The position numbers and the translations under genes are program-made. A DNA stretch of 64,000 nucleotides, from assembly GCF_006345805.1 (NCBI RefSeq), contig NC_043003.1:92628001-92692000 (forward strand), read 5' to 3'. Of the stretch, positions 39,248-52,018 are shown in pieces. The DNA comes from Octopus sinensis (taxonomy: Eukaryota). Each line of letters begins with the position of its first letter. Within the stretch, counting starts at the first letter, position 1. The notes under the pieces are model-generated. The model had not been told where the DNA came from. It saw only the letters and a program-made list of their open reading frames with translations, and searched no databases.

Positions 39248-39250
<3 letters not shown>
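39150..39250 (-). mobile_element. Penelope-like terminal fragment with a variant hammerhead-like core
   Basis: Minus strand reads CTGATGA-ttc-tttt-gaa-t-GAAAC-agttctagtc. Stem I is not clearly closed. Flanked by (TA)n. Confidence 0.4.
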
Positions 39251-39291
<41 letters not shown>

Positions 39292-39353
39292 ATATATATA
39301 TTATAATACACACACACATCTATATATATACATGTATATATATATATATATTA

Positions 39354-39405
<52 letters not shown>

Positions 39406-39526
39406 CTTAATATATATATATATATATACACATGGAAATATAAATTAAAATAATTAGGGTGAAAAATTGAATACAGTGGTGTAGCATATTGAAAAGTTTG
39501 AAGTTTCAGAAAAATGATATTACACA

Positions 39527-39674
39527 CATGTAAGGGGGCTGACCTGTAAGTGGGTATCCATTATGCTAGAAGAAGATCTGCTATGGTCTTACCATTCCTT
39601 TGTTAGTGGTAAGACCATAGCAGATCTTTTTCTAGCATAATGGATGTCCACTTACAGGTCACCCCTCTTATATG
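39527..39674. repeat. Imperfect palindrome, 68-bp arms, 12-nt spacer
   Basis: ...tgctagaagaagatctgctatggtcttacca-ttcctttgttag-tggtaagaccatagcagatctttttctagca... Confidence 0.9.
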
Positions 39675-40195
39675 TATATATATATATTAATATATATGTG
39701 CATATATATATATATATACATACATATACATCTATATATATATACATTTGTGCAGATATACACATATAATATATATATTATATATATGTATGTATGTATG
39801 TATATATGTATGTATGCCTGTATATATATGAGATAATAGTTTCACTTTAACAGTTTCAGTATTAAAGTGAAAGTATTTGACATTACAATAGAGAGAAGTT
39901 ATTGTTTCACTTTTGTTACATAATACTTAAATAGTAGAGAAGATATGATATTGCTGTGGGCTTGCACTAGGCAAGAAGTTAAAAATTTTTTTGGCCTATG
40001 ACACTACATGGACCCAAAGTAAGGCATGTGTAAAATTTGAATGAAATTGGTTGCGTAGTTTTCAAGGCTTATAGATTCACACAGACAGACATTCTCATCT
40101 TTATATATATAGATACCATACTAAATTCTGGTGCCTCAACTGAATCTAAATTTTTTATGTATGTATGTATGTATGTATGTATATATATATATATT

Positions 40196-40682
40196 GATCG
40201 TAGCAGGTGGAGAAGGATTGTGCATGAGGGAACAGCTACTTTTGAGAAATCTCGAGTTGCACATTAGAAAGTAAGGAGAGATGTCGCTGTTACACTTCCA
40301 GATGGGAAGGGTCTTCCTATGACGCTGACATGCAGTGTATGTGCAAGACCCTGCCTCAGTAAAGCTGGACTCTTCGTAGTCATAAAGCGAGACAGATGAG
40401 TGACAACCTGGCCACTAGTGGTGGTGTATCAGACCATACTAATCATATCTGTCGGGCATATGGAAGAAAGCGTAATTCGGCAGGAGGACTTAAATGACAT
40501 GCAAAGGTACATGAAGCCCAGTTGCAACTACAGCCAGCTATTACCGGTAAAGTTTTTAGTTGCCAATTTTGTACAAGACATTGTAGATCTTTAGCTGGTC
40601 TAAAAAGTCACATTCGATCACAGCACCAATAACAGTTAAGCTTTGTGCAATGGCCATACTCGATAATGAGGGGGCAGCCATC
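40196..40682 (+). mobile_element. RTE (BovB-like) LINE 3' fragment with C2H2-like motifs
   Basis: DRSRWRRIVHEGTATFE, CSVCARPCLSKAG and [22 protein letters not shown], ending 'ggccatactcgataatgagggggcagccatcat'. Confidence 0.75.
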
Positions 40683-40773
40683 ATATATATATACATATAT
40701 ATATGTATATATATAATGTATGTATGTATATATATATATGTTTAAATGTATGTATATATATATATGTATATAC

Positions 40774-40804
<31 letters not shown>

Positions 40805-40820
40805 CACATACATTCATATA

Positions 40821-40862
<42 letters not shown>

Positions 40863-40898
40863 CATACATATATATATGCATACATACATATAAATATG

Positions 40899-40952
<54 letters not shown>

Positions 40953-41401
40953 CATATTTATATATTATCATATAAATATCACATATATATATATACATAT
41001 TTATTATATATAACATATAAATATACTTATATATATATATATACATAAAATTATATATATACATACAATAAACATATATATATACATACATATAAATATA
41101 TATGCATATACATACATATATATATACATATATATAAATAATATATACATATTATATATACTACCATATATATATATTATACATATATAATATATACATA
41201 CAATATATATATATCCATATACATACTATATATATACATATATATATATACATATATATATATGCATACATATATATATATATACATACATACATATATA
41301 TACATATATATACATACATATATATAGTACATATATATACATACATATATATATATACATCATATATATATACCTATATATATATATACATATATATATA
41401 C

Positions 41402-41434
<33 letters not shown>

Positions 41435-41500
41435 CATATATATACATATATATACATATATATATAATAAACATATATATATATACATATATATACATAT
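40683..41500. repeat. ~820-bp degenerate (TA)n/(TACA)n tract
   Basis: Direct reading of the sequence. Confidence 0.95.
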
Positions 41501-41509
41501 AAATCCTTA

Positions 41510-42033
41510 AAATCCTTAAAAATGTTTTAGCCCGAAGGCCGGGCCATGCTGGGGCACCACCGCTGAATGAGCTACACTAGTTTGTGAATCCACCTCTGAT
41601 ACGTGGCACTTGATCAACAAGGGAGTTCGATGCTGCTGCCCGCATCCGTGTCTCCTGTCGTGAGGTAGGTTCATCTGGGACTCCCAACAAGAAGAGATCC
41701 AGTTTAGTTTTAAAGAAACCCACATCCACACCATGTAAGTCTCTCAGGCATTTAAGGAGGATGTTAAAGAGCTGTGGTCCTCTGAAACCCAAGCTGTTGC
41801 AGTATCTGGACCTGTATTTTGATGGTGATGTTGGAATCCTTGGCACCACGCAGCGGCGCCCCGTTCTGCGGTTGGAGTAACTTTGAATGCCAAAGTTTGG
41901 GACAAGACCCTCCAGGATTTTCCAGATGTATATCACTGCATATCTCTCCCGCCTCCGCTCCAGGGAGAAGAGGTTTAATACCTTCAGTCTTTCCCAGTAG
42001 CTGACATTTTGCATTGAGACGATTTTCTTTGTC
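41510..42033 (-). mobile_element. CR1-like LINE 3' fragment with an open C-terminal frame
   Basis: [36 protein letters not shown]...RGPQLFN.L...[14 protein letters not shown], followed by the tail 'ggtggtgccccagcatggcc'. Confidence 0.9.
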
Positions 42034-42188
42034 GATATATATATATATACATATATATACATATATATATATATTGTATATAATATATACATACATATAT
42101 ATACATATATATATATGTATATATATACATATATATATACATATATATACATATATATATATATACATATATATATACATATATATAC

Positions 42189-42223
<35 letters not shown>

Positions 42224-42224
42224 C

Positions 42225-42255
<31 letters not shown>

Positions 42256-42256
42256 C

Positions 42257-42288
<32 letters not shown>

Positions 42289-42321
42289 CATACATATATA
42301 CATAAATATAAAAGAAGGGTA

Positions 42322-42657
42322 AAGACCCCCTTCGGTCATGAATGACCATGGGATTGCACCTAGAAAGTTACCCTCCTAGACCCAAGTCCGGGCAAGGTTG
42401 TTTATGGAAGGCCAGCAGTCGCCCATGCATACCAGCCTCCCCTCTCCACGACACAAGTGTTTTCCAAGGGAAAGACAAAGGTCGATACAGTTTGGCACCC
42501 ATGACGTCGCAACTCATTTCTACAGCTGAGTGAACTGGAGCAACGTGAAAATAAAGTGCCTTGCTCAAGAACACAACACGCAGCCCGGTCCGGGATTCGA
42601 GCTCACAACCTCACGATCGTAAGCTCGACGCTCTAACCACTGAGCCATGCGCCTTCA
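42322..42657 (-). mobile_element. Full-length tRNA-derived SINE
   Basis: Minus-strand A box TGGCTCAGTGG and B box (G)CTCGAATCC, followed by 'tgttcttgagcaaggcactttatttcacgttgctccagttcactcagctg'. Confidence 0.9.
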
Positions 42658-42663
42658 CACACA

Positions 42664-42719
<56 letters not shown>

Positions 42720-42802
42720 CATATACATATATACATACATACATATATACATACATACATATATACATACATACATATATACATACATACATACATACAT
42801 AT

Positions 42803-42885
<83 letters not shown>

Positions 42886-42904
42886 TTAGGAATGCCATAT
42901 AGAA

Positions 42905-43627
42905 ATTCTTACAGATGTGTGCCTCCTCCCCGACTTTTGCTTCCTCAAAACATCCAGAAAAATGGATATTTTTTAAAGAAATTTTCTAAAAATACGCTTC
43001 AGATGGTGTAGATTGTAATTATATCGTACGTTGTTAAAAAAATCATTTTTTGTGGATGGGAATGTCTCGGAAAATTCACACGAGTCGGCTTTGTTACCTC
43101 ATAACTTTTAGCAAAATGGGTTTTTTTAATGAAACTTTCTACAAATATTTTTCAGGGTGTGTAAATTGCGATTATATTGATTTTAATGTGAAAAAAAAGT
43201 AGAGTAGACACACATACATACTGACACACCACAATTTTTTTCGAAATTTCAAGTTTCATTTTATAAATATGTGACGTGTATCTGTATGTGTACGAGCCCA
43301 CCAAATTTATTTTTTTATATATTAAATTCCGATCTAACCGTAATCTACACATTCTGAAAGGTATTTATAGAAAATTTCATAACAAATTACCCTGTTTTCT
43401 GAAAGTTATGAGTAAAGAAATCCGTCTCGTGTGAATTTTCCAAAATTCCTCACCCCGCCAGCGGGAAAGTTTTTTCACATGTTCCCATATAATCAGAACT
43501 GACATCATGTGAAGCATATTTGCGTAAAATTTCATTTAAAAATATCCATTTCATTTTAAAATACCCATTTCATAGAAGTTAAAAGGTAACAAAGTCTGTG
43601 TGGGGCACGAATCTGTAGGAATGCCTA
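42905..43627. mobile_element. MITE with long imperfect TIRs
   Basis: Inverted matches: attcttacagatgtgtgcc / ggcacgaatctgtaggaat; ggaaaattcacacgag / ctcgtgtgaattttcc; aaatggatatttttaaa / tttaaaaatatccattt. Confidence 0.6.
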
Positions 43628-44470
43628 GATGTGTGCGTACATATCATTTTTTGAACTACTTTCTTGTTATTCGAATGTAATCAACGTATCGAAGCACGAA
43701 ACTAAGTGAAGTTATTTGTCATAGTTTTATTTACGTTCAAATTTTTAGATGCATAAAAAGAATTGTACATTACTGTACTTTTTGTGAAAGCCTTATCAAA
43801 GAAGAAAAAGTATATTATATAACGATGAAATAGTGAAAACCTATTATACATATTTTAAATGAAGCGGGAATCGAAATCGTGTATTGAGCTTGGTTGGTCG
43901 GGAGCGCTTACCGCAGTTACGCGTTACCTCCTACGTAGTATTACATGATATGTTAGTGAGACAGTCCCTGCGATCACTTGATTATGGTTTGTCATCAGAC
44001 CACTTTCTGATCTGATGAGACATCCTGTAAAGGCCAAAGGTTATTTCCCTTCATTATTTCTCCCTCTTTATTTAGATGTATATACATATATATACACATA
44101 TGTAAAGTATTTGACTTACAATTAAAATTTCCCTACCAACCCGGTAACATCTTTCTCTCTCTCTCTCTCACTATCGCTATCCTTTATAACCTATTATTCA
44201 TTTTATATGCACTCACAAACTGATGTTCAGCTGTTGCACCGGTTTCACTATATGCAGTTTTAAGATTTCTGTGTATAGATATATATACATCAGATAGATG
44301 TTTTCTGTTAATGACGGGAACAACTGTATTCTTTACATCCATAAATTCTGTTGAAGAATTTTAATAAAGACAGCAGTGATCGAGCTTCTATCCGAATGAA
44401 TTATTTATTATGATATTAGGACTTCGAGAGTGAACATTTATTCAGAATTTCTTTTTAAAGTACACACATT

Positions 44471-44524
44471 ATGGCACTATTCACCCTTCGAGTCTTCAAC
44501 CAGATATTATCAACACGTTCAAAG
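44471..44524 (+). CDS. TMEM53: Probable first coding exon of the DUF829/TMEM53-like gene (MALFTLRVFNQILSTRSK)
   Basis: ATG at 44471 opens 18 codons ending AAG|GTGAGC, a strong phase-0 donor. This matches the phase-0 acceptor at 62921. It lies in a repeat-poor block. The join is inferred, not observed. Confidence 0.55.
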
Positions 44525-45997
44525 GTGAGCAAGTAATTCTCATTCATTCATTCATTTATGTTTCTTCTTCTTTCTAATTGACCGGGAGGTACTATTCCAA
44601 ATATAGTCATATAATATAACTAAACCAGACAGCTGTCGTTTTTTTTTTTTCGTTCTTTCATACTGATATTTTATACTTTCGATCAGTTAATCAATTGTAA
44701 ATATATTTTTTTTAATATTTTATTTTAATGCTAAATTCACTTGTTGAATATTAAATATATAATTTCTCTCTTTATACTTATTTCGTATGTATGCAGTTAT
44801 AAACTGCGTTCGTAGTTTATGAATGAACTTCAAATAGAAACGGTTTATCCATAACCTTATTAGGTTACGGATTTATTATTTATTAAAGAAAAAAAATATA
44901 TGTTATCTTTTCTCAATACTTCGTTTTTTTCTGAAGTCAAATATATTTTTGTACTTTTACATCAGTCAGCGAATACTAGGGTAATTAAATAATTATGTAT
45001 GTTCTGTCGGTTTTGTAACACTATTACCTTATATAATTGCATCATGTGTATGATTATTGAGAGTAGGTCCCATGGGAGGGAAATCCCGAATGGCAACATA
45101 ATTTTTAAAATACGTGATACTGTTCATACGATAATCACTCGTATACTTAGTGATTGCCGTTTATACTGATATTTCACAATGAAAAAAGTGGGGAAGGATA
45201 CAGATTAACCCATTATTTATATATATGTGTGTATTTACACACGTACATTCACACACACATGTATATAACGTCTTAGATTTCAATATAACCTCCACACATT
45301 TATAAATGTTAATTTAAGATCGATAATAATAATTCCATTGATGATAATTGAAAAACGTATGTCTTGCTTACTAGTAAAATGTGGGTATGTCAGTTTTTCT
45401 TATCTATGTAGAGCAAGTAAACCCAAGGGAACCCATCTGTTTCTACAAAAAATACATATTGGCAAGATATAATAAACTCATACGATTAACCATGGAAACA
45501 CTCGATAATTATATACTGGTATTGTGTAGAATCTGTTCATTGTAACTTACATTGTTTTGTTTTTTTTCTTTGGGGGTGGGGACTCTCTCGAACTACATTA
45601 TCGAAAGTCTACTTCCCTTTTTAAGACAATGACTGGCAGTTGACTATTGTTTCTAGTAAATCAGAGGACAACCTCGAGCATTCCATATTGTCTCGTTTTA
45701 TGGTACTTATTTATAGATTGGTGAATGAGGGAGCTAACTTTTAGTGTCTGTTTCTCTCTTAATTATTGAAAATCTAACTACAGAATTCAGGACTGAGTCA
45801 CCCTCAAGGACACGAATAGATTTATAGGACACAAAGAAGAGAGTTCAAATCAGTGGGACTAAAGATGAAGCAGATCAAAACTGTTATGTCAGCGATTTAG
45901 GTTCCTTATGCCATAAGGAACAACGTGATACTGGAACTAGATACTATATTGACACCTAAAACGCATGAATCGGCCGCTGAGATATATATATAGGAAT

Positions 45998-46035
45998 TGT
46001 AAATAGGAATTCCAACCACGTTTCGTGGTTTTCTA

Positions 46036-46089
<54 letters not shown>

Positions 46090-46131
46090 GGGGGGGAGCG
46101 CCACGAAACGTGGTTGAAATTCCTATTTACA
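45998..46131. repeat. 31-bp inverted repeat (1 mismatch) bracketing a (TA)n(GA)n microsatellite
   Basis: tgtaaataggaattccaaccacgtttcgtgg (45998-46028) and ccacgaaacgtggttgaaattcctatttaca (46101-46131). Confidence 0.85.
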
Positions 46132-46567
46132 TACATACATATGTATGTATGTATACACACACACACTCATGGGTAGATATCGGATTAACCTCTACTTTTC
46201 CATGCTTGCATGGATCAGACAGAATTCGTTTAGACAGTTTTAGTAAAATCAGTTATCGTCTCTGTCGCAAACCCTCACCTGTTTTCAGACAAGGTAATAA
46301 TACCCCATGACTGGATACGTTTTCATGGAAGATTGGAAACGAATTGCACCGCTTGTACGACGGGGAAACTCGTTTGCAGATGCACTAACACGCATACGCA
46401 CTCGCACACACACACAAAGTAATGGGCTTCTTTCAGTTTCTAATACCCAAAGCTTTTGGTTTACCCAATGTTATAGTAGAAGATACTTGCCCAAGGTGTC
46501 ATGCAGTGAAGCTAAACCTGAATTCACGTAGTTGAGAAGTAAACTTCTTACATATATATATATATAT

Positions 46568-46856
46568 ATCATCGTGATCACCGTGACTGACCAGGCTATC
46601 AGATGTTGCTATACATCGCTGGTCACAATGCGCTTTGCATTGTTTTTAGCCTTCAAATGACGCCACCCCGCTGGCTAAGAGAGCAGGCCAACAGAAGAAA
46701 GAGTGAGAGAAAGTTGTGGCGAAAGAGTACAGCAGGGATCCCTCCCCCTGCTGGAGCCTCACGGAACTTTAGGTGTTTTTGCTCAATTGAAACCGCGATC
46801 CTTCGACCATGTGTCCGGTACCCTAACCACTGGGCCATTGCGCCTCCACACACTGA
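46568..46856 (-). mobile_element. tRNA-derived SINE, distinct family
   Basis: Minus-strand head 'gtgtggaggcgcaatggcccagtggttagg'. Part of the body is shared with 62660-62800. Confidence 0.75.
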
Positions 46857-47372
46857 TGTTGCATTTATGATTGCAATATTATAGTGTTACTGAGCAAAAA
46901 CATTACATTTCTCGTTCCTCCTGTCTACTCAACTGGCAAAAATGAGTGACCCTGCAACAGACTAGCATTTCATCCCGGTGTATATGTGGCATGCCATGGG
47001 ATCCAGAAAACAAGCCTTACGTGCCTGTGTCTTGGGAGGGATCCTTCATTTTTTTTTTTTAATGCATTTGTGTGTGTATTTACTTGCTCAGTCTTGGAAC
47101 AGGTAGAAACTATGAACTTTAAAGGCCCTCCAAGACTGGTGACCTTCTTGCTGTTAATGTGTTTAAACTGTTGCAAGTCAACTCCTGCAGTAAAGACATT
47201 AATGAGGAGAAGATGCCAGAGGATTGGTGTTCTAGGGAGGAAGAACAGAATATAGTGTTTGGATCAGGGTCAAAGGGAGGAGTGCAACAAGTGTGACATG
47301 ATGTGGAGAGACAAGTAGTTCAAGGGTACCTGAGTGGTGAAAGTATGAGACTAGTCAGTTCCAAGTAACAGG

Positions 47373-47706
47373 AGCCATTATGGAGCACTCCGTCGGTTAT
47401 GATGACGAGGGTCCCAGCTGATACGATCAACGGAACAGCCTGCTCATGAAATTAACGTGCAAGTGACTGAGCAATCCACAGACATGTGTACCCCTAACGT
47501 AGCTCTCAGGGAGATTCAGTGTGACACAGAGTGTGACAAGGCTGGCTCTTTGAAATACAGGTACTACTCATTTTTGCCAGCTGAGTGGACTGGAGCAACG
47601 TGAAATAAAGTGTCTTGCTCAAGGACACAACGCGTCGCCAGGGATTGAACTCACGACCTTACAATCATGAGCCGAATGCCCCAACCACTATGCCATGCGC
47701 CTTCAC
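47373..47706 (-). mobile_element. Full-length tRNA-derived SINE
   Basis: Head 'gaaggcgcatggcatagtggtt...gagttcaatccc' as in 42322-42657, but a different 3' half (shared with 62500-62660). Confidence 0.85.
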
Positions 47707-48043
47707 AACAGAGGCCATTATAGTAGCAATAGAAAGGACAAAGAGAACACACAGCATGCCTGTAGACCAGAGGCTGGAACATATTGAATGTTAATCAGTT
47801 GATTGACCCTTTTCTGTATGTTTTACAAGATGTCTGTATGCATAGTAGCAAAGGCACTGTTCCACATGTGGAAGCAGTACTCCACTATGGGCCACACTTG
47901 TGTTTTGTAGTATCAGTGTCTGTTGGAGACTAAAATGTTTTCTGGTTTGGATCTGCTTGCGTCAAGAAAGATCCACAGAAATAGTAAGATCCAGCATTCA
48001 AACCAAATGTGAGATCTCTTGCAAAGCATCACTCATAGGCGTA

Positions 48044-48385
48044 GGAGTGGTTGTGTGGTAAGTAGCTTGCTCACCAACCACATGGTTCCAGGTTCAGTCC
48101 CACTGCGTGGCACTTTGGGCAAGTGTTTTCTGCTATAACCTCAGGCTGATCAAAGCTTTGTGAGTGGATTTGGTAGACAGAAACTGTAAGAAGCCTATCG
48201 TATATGTGTGTGTGTGTGTGTTTGTCTTCCCAACATTGCTTGACAACCAATGCTGGTGTGTTTACATCCCTGTAACTTAGCGGTTCGGCAAAAGAGACCA
48301 ATAGAATAAGTCCCGGGGTCAATTTGCTCAACTAAAGGTGGTGCTCCAGCATGGCTATTGTCAAATGACTGAAACAAGTAAATGA
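48044..48385 (+). mobile_element. Full-length CORE-like SINE
   Basis: Homologous to 7800-8205 from end to end. Confidence 0.9.
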
Positions 48386-48516
48386 GTATGTTTATTAGCT
48401 GAGATATGAGAGCAGTAAAGCCTACATGTAAGAAGTTCTGATAAAAGATTTGCATGCCAGACATTGTTGAGGGTTTTGCTATCTGATGTTACAATATTGC
48501 CATGACTGAATTTTTC

Positions 48517-48904
48517 TTAACCCTTTTGTTAACCATATTTTTGTTGAAGTACACAGCCATTGTTTCATTTAGTTTTGAATATGATGAAGAATTTAGTAAA
48601 ATAACTTTGTCATTATTTATCTGGTGTTTGGAACATAAATTAACATGAAAGTTTAGTGGAAAGTTTTAGTTTATGTTACTTTAAGCCTTTCGTTACCGTA
48701 TTTCTGTTGAGATGTTCTGTGTTTCTTTCAATTACTTTAAATATAGCAAATAATTTAGTAAAATAACTTTATCATTCAGCTAGTGTTAGGAACATAAATT
48801 GTGACTAAGGTTTGGTGGAAGAGTTTAATTCAAAACTTATGAAAACAAGACATTTGTACTCAGAGCCAGAGTCGGTTTCAGCCGGGTTGGTAACGAAAGG
48901 GTTA
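48517..48904. mobile_element. TTAA-flanked MITE(s), piggyBac/Kolobok-like; nested or tandem pair
   Basis: TTAA-cccttttgttaacc at 48517; second unit TTAA-gcctttcgttacc ... ggtaacgaaaggg-TTAA at about 48685-48904. Confidence 0.7.
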
Positions 48905-49936
48905 AAACAGGAAGTTTGATTGATAGGATCAGGAGCAGTTTTTGACTGATTGTTATCAAACGGGTTAGAGCAAACACCCACTGGTGAATGTAGAACTCTA
49001 GTGAATTTGGTTCTTTGGAAGCTATACTTGTAGTCACTGGGGAGAGAGAGAGATTTCAGTTGACAAGAGAACATCATTGTCAATGGTTGTCTCCATGACC
49101 TTAAAGATGTTGAAGTGAGAATAATGATAAGATAGTTGGCCCGGACCATAGAAGTTGTTTTCTTTGCAATGAGACCCATCGTGGTATACTTCCAACTGTC
49201 AAAGTATATCTTCCATAGACAACGAGGAATTAGTATGGTGAGTTTAGGATTAAGTTCTGGAGTGCAGTGTTAGTAGATAGATAAAAATGGTTCCTACAGT
49301 GGTCTCTATAACCACCACCTTCACAGGAATATTGGAATTACATAAATTATAAACAAGAGTCTTTGGAATGATGCACTGGGTTTATGGTTTCTTCTTATAA
49401 ATTGTCCCTGTTATTATGTTGTGCCGTCTTGTCTTTTCAGTAATGTACATGTAGAAATCACATTATTATGTTTGTGCTTGAACGAATTGCCATGTTTAAA
49501 TGGCTTCTGAATTGCTGGCCTCTGTGTGATCAATTGTGACTGCCCACGACTACAACTGTATGCAGAATTTATTTCATTTACTAGTGGGTACCTGTGGAAA
49601 AAGCACAAATCATTAATGTTCAGTTTAATTGTTAATTACCTGAGGCAAACATTATTTTAAGTTATATATTCAATAAAAGACTATATCTTTTACTTGTTTC
49701 ACTACCTGGACTATGGCTGGGACATCACCTTAAAGGGTTTTAGTAGAACAAATCAACTCCATTACTTATTTTTAAAGACCATTACTTATACTATAAGTTT
49801 CTTTGGCAGCACTGCTAAGTTACAGGGACATAAACAAGCCAACACCAGTTATCAAGCACATATATGTATGTTTGTGTGTATGTATGTATATATATATATA
49901 TATGTGTGTGTATGTATATATATATATACACACACA

Positions 49937-49982
<46 letters not shown>

Positions 49983-50348
49983 AGGTCGCTCTAGAGTGCT
50001 ACTGGTAACATGTATTCCAGTACAACCTGTTGCATGGTCGGGTTGTCGGTGACTAAACTGACAACCCCACCAGGCTCGCTTGGTGAGGAGGGTGTTGTTG
50101 GACACCCTGTGGGAGGAAAAATAAGACCCATCAAAGGGCGGATGAACTCCTGAACAGTCAACGACCATCCAATAAAATGTCGGCCTGTCCACCCAGCCAG
50201 TGGGATCATGTCATCTTATGGCTAAACCAGAATATATATATATATATACACGCAGTAATCTTTTGCCATATTACAGTTCACTTATGGTGGTTTATTGTTT
50301 AAGCTTATATCGATTCCTCCGTGGTGTTGTTTTGCATTTATAATAAAA

Positions 50349-50710
50349 CTAGCACTATGACCCAGCGTTGCCGAGTCATAGTGCTAGTGCATGCATATAC
50401 AGCTGTGTGCATGCGCACATACACGCGAGTACTGTCCAAATCTCCGACCAATCACATACAGCTAGCTGGCATTCAATTGGCGTATCAAGTTTCGGGCATT
50501 TTGATTGGGTTTTGGATAGAAAATTCACAAAAAAGTCACTTCTATTGATTTTTTAATGGCTTTGCAGGGTGACTGGGGAAATGTAAAGATGTGCGCGACC
50601 ACCCTTGGACAGTTTTGAATGACCATACAAAGTGAGAGCCCTCTAACTGAAAAATTGTGGATTTGTATAAAGGACACACACAGACATTTTGCCGTTTATA
50701 TATATAGAGA
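50349..50710 (-). mobile_element. Complete non-autonomous Helitron-like element, 362 bp
   Basis: Minus strand runs 5'-TC(tctatatatataaacggc)...CTAG-3' between host A and T. The terminal hairpin has 14-bp arms actagcactatgac / gtcatagtgctagt. Confidence 0.7.
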
Positions 50711-50836
50711 TAAACATATACAAATTATAAAAATAGTTTCAAAAATTATACAGTACAGTACTGTTTCAACATCGCAGATTTTCACTTATCACAGGGGTTT
50801 TGGAACGTAACACCCACAATAATCAAGTGATTACTT

Positions 50837-50869
<33 letters not shown>

Positions 50870-51514
50870 CCTTTATCTTTTACTTGTTTCAGTCATTAAA
50901 CTGTGACCATAATGGGACATTGCCTTGAAGGATTTTAGTCAAATGAAACTTATTCTATCAGCCTCTTTTGCCAAACTGCTAAGTTACAGGGATGTAAACA
51001 CACCAACACTGGTTGTCAAGTGATGGTGGTGGAGTTCAAACACCAACGCAAAGACATACACAGACAAACACAGATGGGCTTCTTTCAGTTTCTGTCTTCC
51101 AAATCTACTCACAAGGCTTTGGTTGGCCCAAGCCCAAGGTGCCAATCAGTGAGACTGAACCTGGAACTATATATATATATATATCATCATCATCATCATC
51201 ATCGATAAACGTTTGTTTTCCATGCTGGCATGGGTTATGTTATTATTTATAAAAAGTAACATGTCTTTTATTCAATTAATCCCTTTCAATGCTAATTACC
51301 TTAAGTAATTAAACTAAATATTTATGATTCATGCACTTTCCACAGGTACCCTCCAGTACATGAAATAGATCAGCCTCAATGAATTCTATCTGACCCATGC
51401 AAGCATGGAAAAGTTGAAAAGTATATGTTAAAATAATGATGAGTGCTGCAGCATGGCCTCAGCTCTCAAGCTAACGCTAATAAAGTAAGGATGTATATAT
51501 ATATACACACATAT

Positions 51515-51904
51515 ATACTCTTTTACATGTTTCAGTCATTTGACTGCGGCCATGCTGGAGCACCACCTTTAGTCAAAGAAATCAACCCCAGGACTTATTC
51601 TTTGTAAGCCTAGTACTTATTCTATTGGTCTCTTTTGCCAAACTGGTAAGTTCCGGGGTCATAAACACACCAACATCAGTTGTCAAGCAGTGGTCGTGGG
51701 GGAGGGGGACAGACACAAAGACACGCACATAAATATATATATGCACAACAGGCTTCTTTCAGTTTCCGTTTACCAAATCCACTCACAGGACTTCAGTCGG
51801 TCTGAGGCTGTAGTAGAAGACACTTGACCAAGGTGCCACACAGGACTGAACCCAGAACCATGTGGTTGGAAACCAATCTCCTTACCACACAGCCACACCT
51901 GTTG

Positions 51905-51905
<1 letters not shown>
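51515..51905 (-). mobile_element. Full-length CORE-like SINE; further partial copies at about 20790-20930, 32540-32720, 46380-46550, 49700-49860, 50870-51130 and 60110-60240
   Basis: Reverse-complement homology to 7800-8205. Confidence 0.85.
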
Positions 51906-51945
<40 letters not shown>

Positions 51946-52018
51946 AATGTGACCGCGTGTGTACCGTTGGCGATTTTTTTCCTCTGTCTTCCCTTCTCTG
52001 GATCTTTCCTTCTCCTAT

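Noticed and set aside
42580-42657. tRNA-like sequence with A/B boxes
   Set aside because: It continues into a SINE body and has no acceptor stem or terminator; it is a SINE head, not a tRNA gene.
44010-44040. Other CTGATGA words (765, 12445, 20494, 44014, 54341, 63764)
   Set aside because: None has a stem II followed by GAAA at a suitable distance.
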